From positions 868,001 to 932,000 of the forward strand of contig JBNJNM010000015.1 in NCBI GenBank assembly GCA_052426225.1: a DNA stretch of 64,000 nucleotides, read 5' to 3'. Shown here in pieces: positions 60,099 to 64,000 of the stretch. Every line of letters begins with the position of its first letter. The stretch's first letter is position 1. Both the position numbers and the translations under genes were made by a program. The stretch is from Zancudomyces culisetae HAW-14-8 (lineage: Eukaryota; Fungi; Kickxellomycota). The notes under the pieces are model-generated. The model was not told the DNA's origin. It ran no database searches and worked only from the letters and a program-made list of their open reading frames with translations.

Positions 60099-60599
60099 TT
60101 TTCTATTTTTTTTCTCTTTTTTTCTCTCGTTATTTTTGTTGGTTGTGATTAGTTAATTTGACAAAAGAGTTTGTATAGTTTGATTATCTTTATATAATAA
60201 TGACCAAGATCGAGTTAAATAGTATCTTGGACTTTCAGAAATAAGTTATTTTTTTATTTCGCTGAAATGGTATTCTGGCTATAGTTTTATACGCGCTTTT
60301 ATATTATTTTTTTATATTTTTTTTGTGATGTTTTGTTGTGTGATGTTTTTTGTTTGACAGAAACAAAAAATACTACTAAAAATATATAAACTCATAAAAA
60401 CTTTAATATGATAATAGGAGGTAACAGGATGTTTTCTACAAACATGAACGGTTCTAAATTAAAAAGTTTGACAGGAAAATCCAAAGAAATAACCAAAAAT
60501 CACAGAGAGAGCAACGATATTATGTTTACAAACCATAAAACGTGAAAATATAATGGACCTTCAACCACTTGCAGAGTGGAAAATATGAAAAAGAATGAG

Positions 60600-62120
60600 A
60601 AAAAGGGAGGAGGAGGAGGGGGAGAGGGGGGTAGAGGATAAAGTTGAGCCTGAGTGTGAGGGTTTTTATATTACGAAAAAAATCAATCTATTGTTTCAAA
60701 TTTGGAATAACGTTTTATTGATGAGGACGTTTTAATTAATTTATTTATTTATTTTTACATTGGCACATGCCAATAAAAAGGATTGTGGTAAGATTAGATG
60801 GAGAGTGTGGTATTTATCACTTTTCTTTTTAGTAAGAGAGATGAAAGATTACAACTAAAAAAAATCCAAACCAAGCAAAGCAAAGCAAAATTTTGTAATT
60901 GAATGTGACGAATTTCCTTTCCCCTATTTCTCCTAATTCCCATATTTCTCCTACTTTTACCTTCCCTCCCCATCTTTCCATATTCTGTTCCCCCCCCCCT
61001 CCCTTTCTTTACTTTATTGATTTCAATTCATTTACAATGACAAACAAAGAGTTTTAAATTTTCTAAAACTAGTTATAAGGATCCATTTATTAACCCCTTC
61101 CCCCTTGGTTCGCCCCTCCCCCCCCTTTTTCCCCCCTTTTTTTGCTCCTTCCCTGTCTTTTACAAAATATAATTGATCATTTGAATATCGAACGCTTGGT
61201 GGGGAGGAGCTGGGAAGCTAGTTTATCATGAATTAAAATTTGTCAGTTGCTAATCGTTCTTTTATTTTGTTATATTTATATTTTTCATTTTGATTGTGGT
61301 TTTATAAACCCATCACAATGGCTAATGTAATAAAACAAAGCAAAACAAAATAAAACAAAAAAAGTACATTTTAATGCCTCTTTTTCTTTAGTCTTTACAA
61401 ACTGTTGTTCGTAACAATTTTAAAGTGCGCTGGTAAAGTATATAACCACTCTCCTCTCTTCTCCCCTCTCCTCTCTTCTCCCCTCTCCTCTCTCTCTTCT
61501 AACAATATTGTAATAATATATCAATGTAAATCAACCAAATACACTAAAAAATAAACAAATTGTAAGGTGTTTAAATAAATATAAATACATACTACACTTT
61601 GGTTAGTACTATAGTATGATTTTTTTGCTCTTTTTTTTATAGCTTGTATATTTAACTTAAGAGGAAAGGAGGAGGAGTAGAAGGAGGAGGAAAAGATTAT
61701 TTTTTTCTTTTATCTATACCTATACCTATACCTATACCTTGGTTTATAGAATTATCATTATGTATAAACCACTCTAGTACTTTTTAAAAAGAAAAGAATA
61801 ATGTATTTCTATTTTTCTAGCTTTACTATTATTATTACTATTATTATTATTATTATTTTGTTGTAATATATGACCAAACAAAAACAATAGCTGCTAAAAA
61901 AAAATTAAAAAAAATTTTTTTTGACTAGTTTTATTTTATTGTTAAATTATTTTTAGGATTCGGAAATTAACGCAAATCAAAATATGCTTTCTTTATTAAA
62001 AACAAGATAATAAATAAATAACAATAAAACTAAAGTAGTCCGAAAGCCTCACACACACACACACATACACACACATAAACTTCAAAAAAAAGAAAGAAAA
62101 AAAGAAGAAAAAAAGGGAAA
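60600..62120. repeat. Low-complexity, microsatellite-rich intergenic region
   Basis: Purine and pyrimidine tracts, (TATACC)x4 at ~61714, (ATT)n at ~61827, (AC)n at ~62050. Confidence 0.8.
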
Positions 62121-62193
62121 ACCTGTTGAAATTGCCACATTTGTAATATATAAACACAACACCTTCAAGTATATTTAAAGTCAGTTTTGAAAA

Positions 62194-64000
62194 ATGTACA
62201 AGGAGCAAGGGGAATTGTGTCGCGAATTGATCCGCCAGCAATACGGACCATTGGTTAGCCAAGTAGCAGGGGTACTGTTAGTACGTGGACGGTCGACGCT
62301 TGGGATGCTGTACCAAGCATTAGCGCCCAAGGTCGGGGCATCGTCGGGGGTACAGTCGACACCTACAAAACGACAAATCAAGCAGGCGCTAGCGATTCTG
62401 ATCCAGCACCTGTTGGTTACACATTATGGTGGGGGAGCGGTACAGGAGAGGGGCGCGGGCGCGGGGGCACGGCGGGACGTGTACTATTCGATCGAGCGAC
62501 AGCGGGTTTTGCGGCAGTGTGGGGCAGGACTTGGGGCGTACCTGTATGTGGTGGAGGAGCGATACGGCAGATTAGGGATGCAGATTGTGCGGTATGTGAT
62601 GGTGCAGGGGATGGCGCCACTTGAAACGTTGCGGCATGCGATGGCGGAGGCGGAGGCGGAGGTAGAGGGTGATGGAGCTGGAGCTGGAGCTGCAGGTGGG
62701 CGTGGGCGTGAGCGTGGGCGTGGGCGTGGAATCGATTTGCTGATTGAACGGTTGATACGGGACGATATTCTACGAGCAGTTGGTAGTGGGGGAGCAGATT
62801 TGGTGCATACTAGACAAGATGTGTATTTGGACAAAGTGGCGAAACACAGTGCGTTGTATCAGGCAGGAGGAGGGTTAGCGGTGATTGGTAATAAAGAAAA
62901 GACGCTGATTGTACAACAAGCACAACACGAGTTGGAGGAACAAGAGGGAAATATGGATAAACAGCGACAAGAGCTACTAAGTCAATATGCTAGTATTGTG
63001 GCGAACGATTATATGAATGTTGGGGGTAAACGCAAAGCGGAAGAGGGGGGAAATGGAGTGAATGGGGAAGGGGGAGGGGGGAATAAGAAGGCGAAAATGG
63101 AGGGGGAAAGGCAGATGGTGACGGTAAATTATGAAAAGCTGGAGGTGATTCGACAGAACCAGCAGGTAGTACAGTATGTAGCGGAGACGATTAATGAGGC
63201 AGCAGGGTATGGAGTGATGGGGGCGATTATGCAGATAGTTGAGCCGAGTATCAACAACAGCCAATTTGTAGGGAAAACATTTTCGATCAGTGTTGACCAG
63301 ATTCTGGAACGGCTCAAGAGCAACAACAATGGTAGTGGAGGTAGTATGGTAGAGTTGGTTGAGCGACAGGTAGTTTTGGATGATATAGGCATGGGAGGTA
63401 GTAATGGGAATAGAGCGATTGGGTATGGAACAAGTATGAATGGGGGAGGTAGGATACGAAATAAAGTAAATGTGTTGGTGGATACGATTATTGAGCGAAC
63501 GGGTAAGTTGATTGAACGAAAATCGGGAGGAGGAGGAGAGATGAATAGAGGAGGTGGCGGTGGTGGTGGTGGGTCAGAATATGTGAGTGTAGATTTTCAA
63601 GAGGCAAAAAAAGCAGTGTACAGACATATGGTGAAAGGGTACTTGGCACAAGTAGGGGACAAGAGATTGGTACGGATTAGTAATATAGTAGAGAAACATG
63701 GATACATTAACGAAAAGAATTTAACCAAATTGAGTATGTTACCAAGTACACAAGTAAGAGAATTGACAATGCAGTTGGTGCAGTTGGGAATAGTGGAGAT
63801 CAAGCAGATGGCAATGGGAGGAGGGGATAGCAACAAGGCAGAGTATTTGTACCATATGGGTAGCAGTAGAGGACAGATGCAAGGAGTGATATATAAGTTG
63901 TGTAATAATGTGATGTGGCGGATGCGATATGAACAAGCAATCAACCAGGTATTATTGATGAAAGCACAAGGAGGAGGAAGAAGAAAAGCAGGAGGAGGAG
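62194..64000 (+). CDS. RPC82: RNA polymerase III subunit C3 (Rpc82/POLR3C), 5' part; runs off the right edge
   Basis: MYKEQGELCRELIRQQYGPLVSQVAGVLLVRGRSTL...IKQALAILIQHLLV winged-helix start; VEERYG...IVRYVMVQG; later LVRISNIVEKHGYINEKNLTKLSML. Absent from the ORF track because it has no stop. Confidence 0.85.
   Translation, partial: MYKEQGELCRELIRQQYGPLVSQVAGVLLVRGRSTLGMLYQALAPKVGASSGVQSTPTKRQIKQALAILIQHLLVTHYGGGAVQERGAGAGARRDVYYSIERQRVLRQCGAGLGAYLYVVEERYGRLGMQIVRYVMVQGMAPLETLRHAMAEAEAEVEGDGAGAGAAGGRGRERGRGRGIDLLIERLIRDDILRAVGSGGADLVHTRQDVYLDKVAKHSALYQAGGGLAVIGNKEKTLIVQQAQHELEEQEGNMDKQRQELLSQYASIVANDYMNVGGKRKAEEGGNGVNGEGGGGNKKAKMEGERQMVTVNYEKLEVIRQNQQVVQYVAETINEAAGYGVMGAIMQIVEPSINNSQFVGKTFSISVDQILERLKSNNNGSGGSMVELVERQVVLDDIGMGGSNGNRAIGYGTSMNGGGRIRNKVNVLVDTIIERTGKLIERKSGGGGEMNRGGGGGGGGSEYVSVDFQEAKKAVYRHMVKGYLAQVGDKRLVRISNIVEKHGYINEKNLTKLSMLPSTQVRELTMQLVQLGIVEIKQMAMGGGDSNKAEYLYHMGSSRGQMQGVIYKLCNNVMWRMRYEQAINQVLLMKAQGGGRRKAGGG

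Overview
AT-rich, intron-containing eukaryotic DNA. Gene content and short GT-AG introns indicate a fungus. The GPI-type trypsins, the F-box/ankyrin family and the overall composition suggest an early-diverging insect-gut fungus (Harpellales, Zancudomyces/Smittium-like); that assignment is inference only. A compact housekeeping block (1.3-21 kb) holds RPL1, fRMsr, BUB3, glutaredoxin, SLC1, STN1, NPY1, alpha-tubulin, NC2-alpha and a methyltransferase. An AT-rich accessory/decay zone (21-39 kb) holds an orphan secreted protein, a catalytically dead trypsin, a frameshifted F-box-ankyrin gene, an F-box/propeller pseudogene and a three-copy small coiled-coil family. After it come RPL7, p23/SBA1, RPL6, TOM7, an orphan, an intact trypsin, two tandem long-chain acyl-CoA synthetases flanking a small Cys-rich GPI-type gene, and the 5' part of RPC82. 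LINE-like sequence sits at the left edge. The most interesting locus is RPL7. Its intron 2 hosts a snR39B/SNORD2-like box C/D snoRNA with compensatory non-canonical C and D boxes. Its unusually long intron 1 carries a candidate 23-nt poison exon, a 13-bp perfect stem and a sequence complementary to the snoRNA guide, together a possible splicing-feedback module. Exon structures were derived by hand from splice signals and reading frames. No database searches were run.
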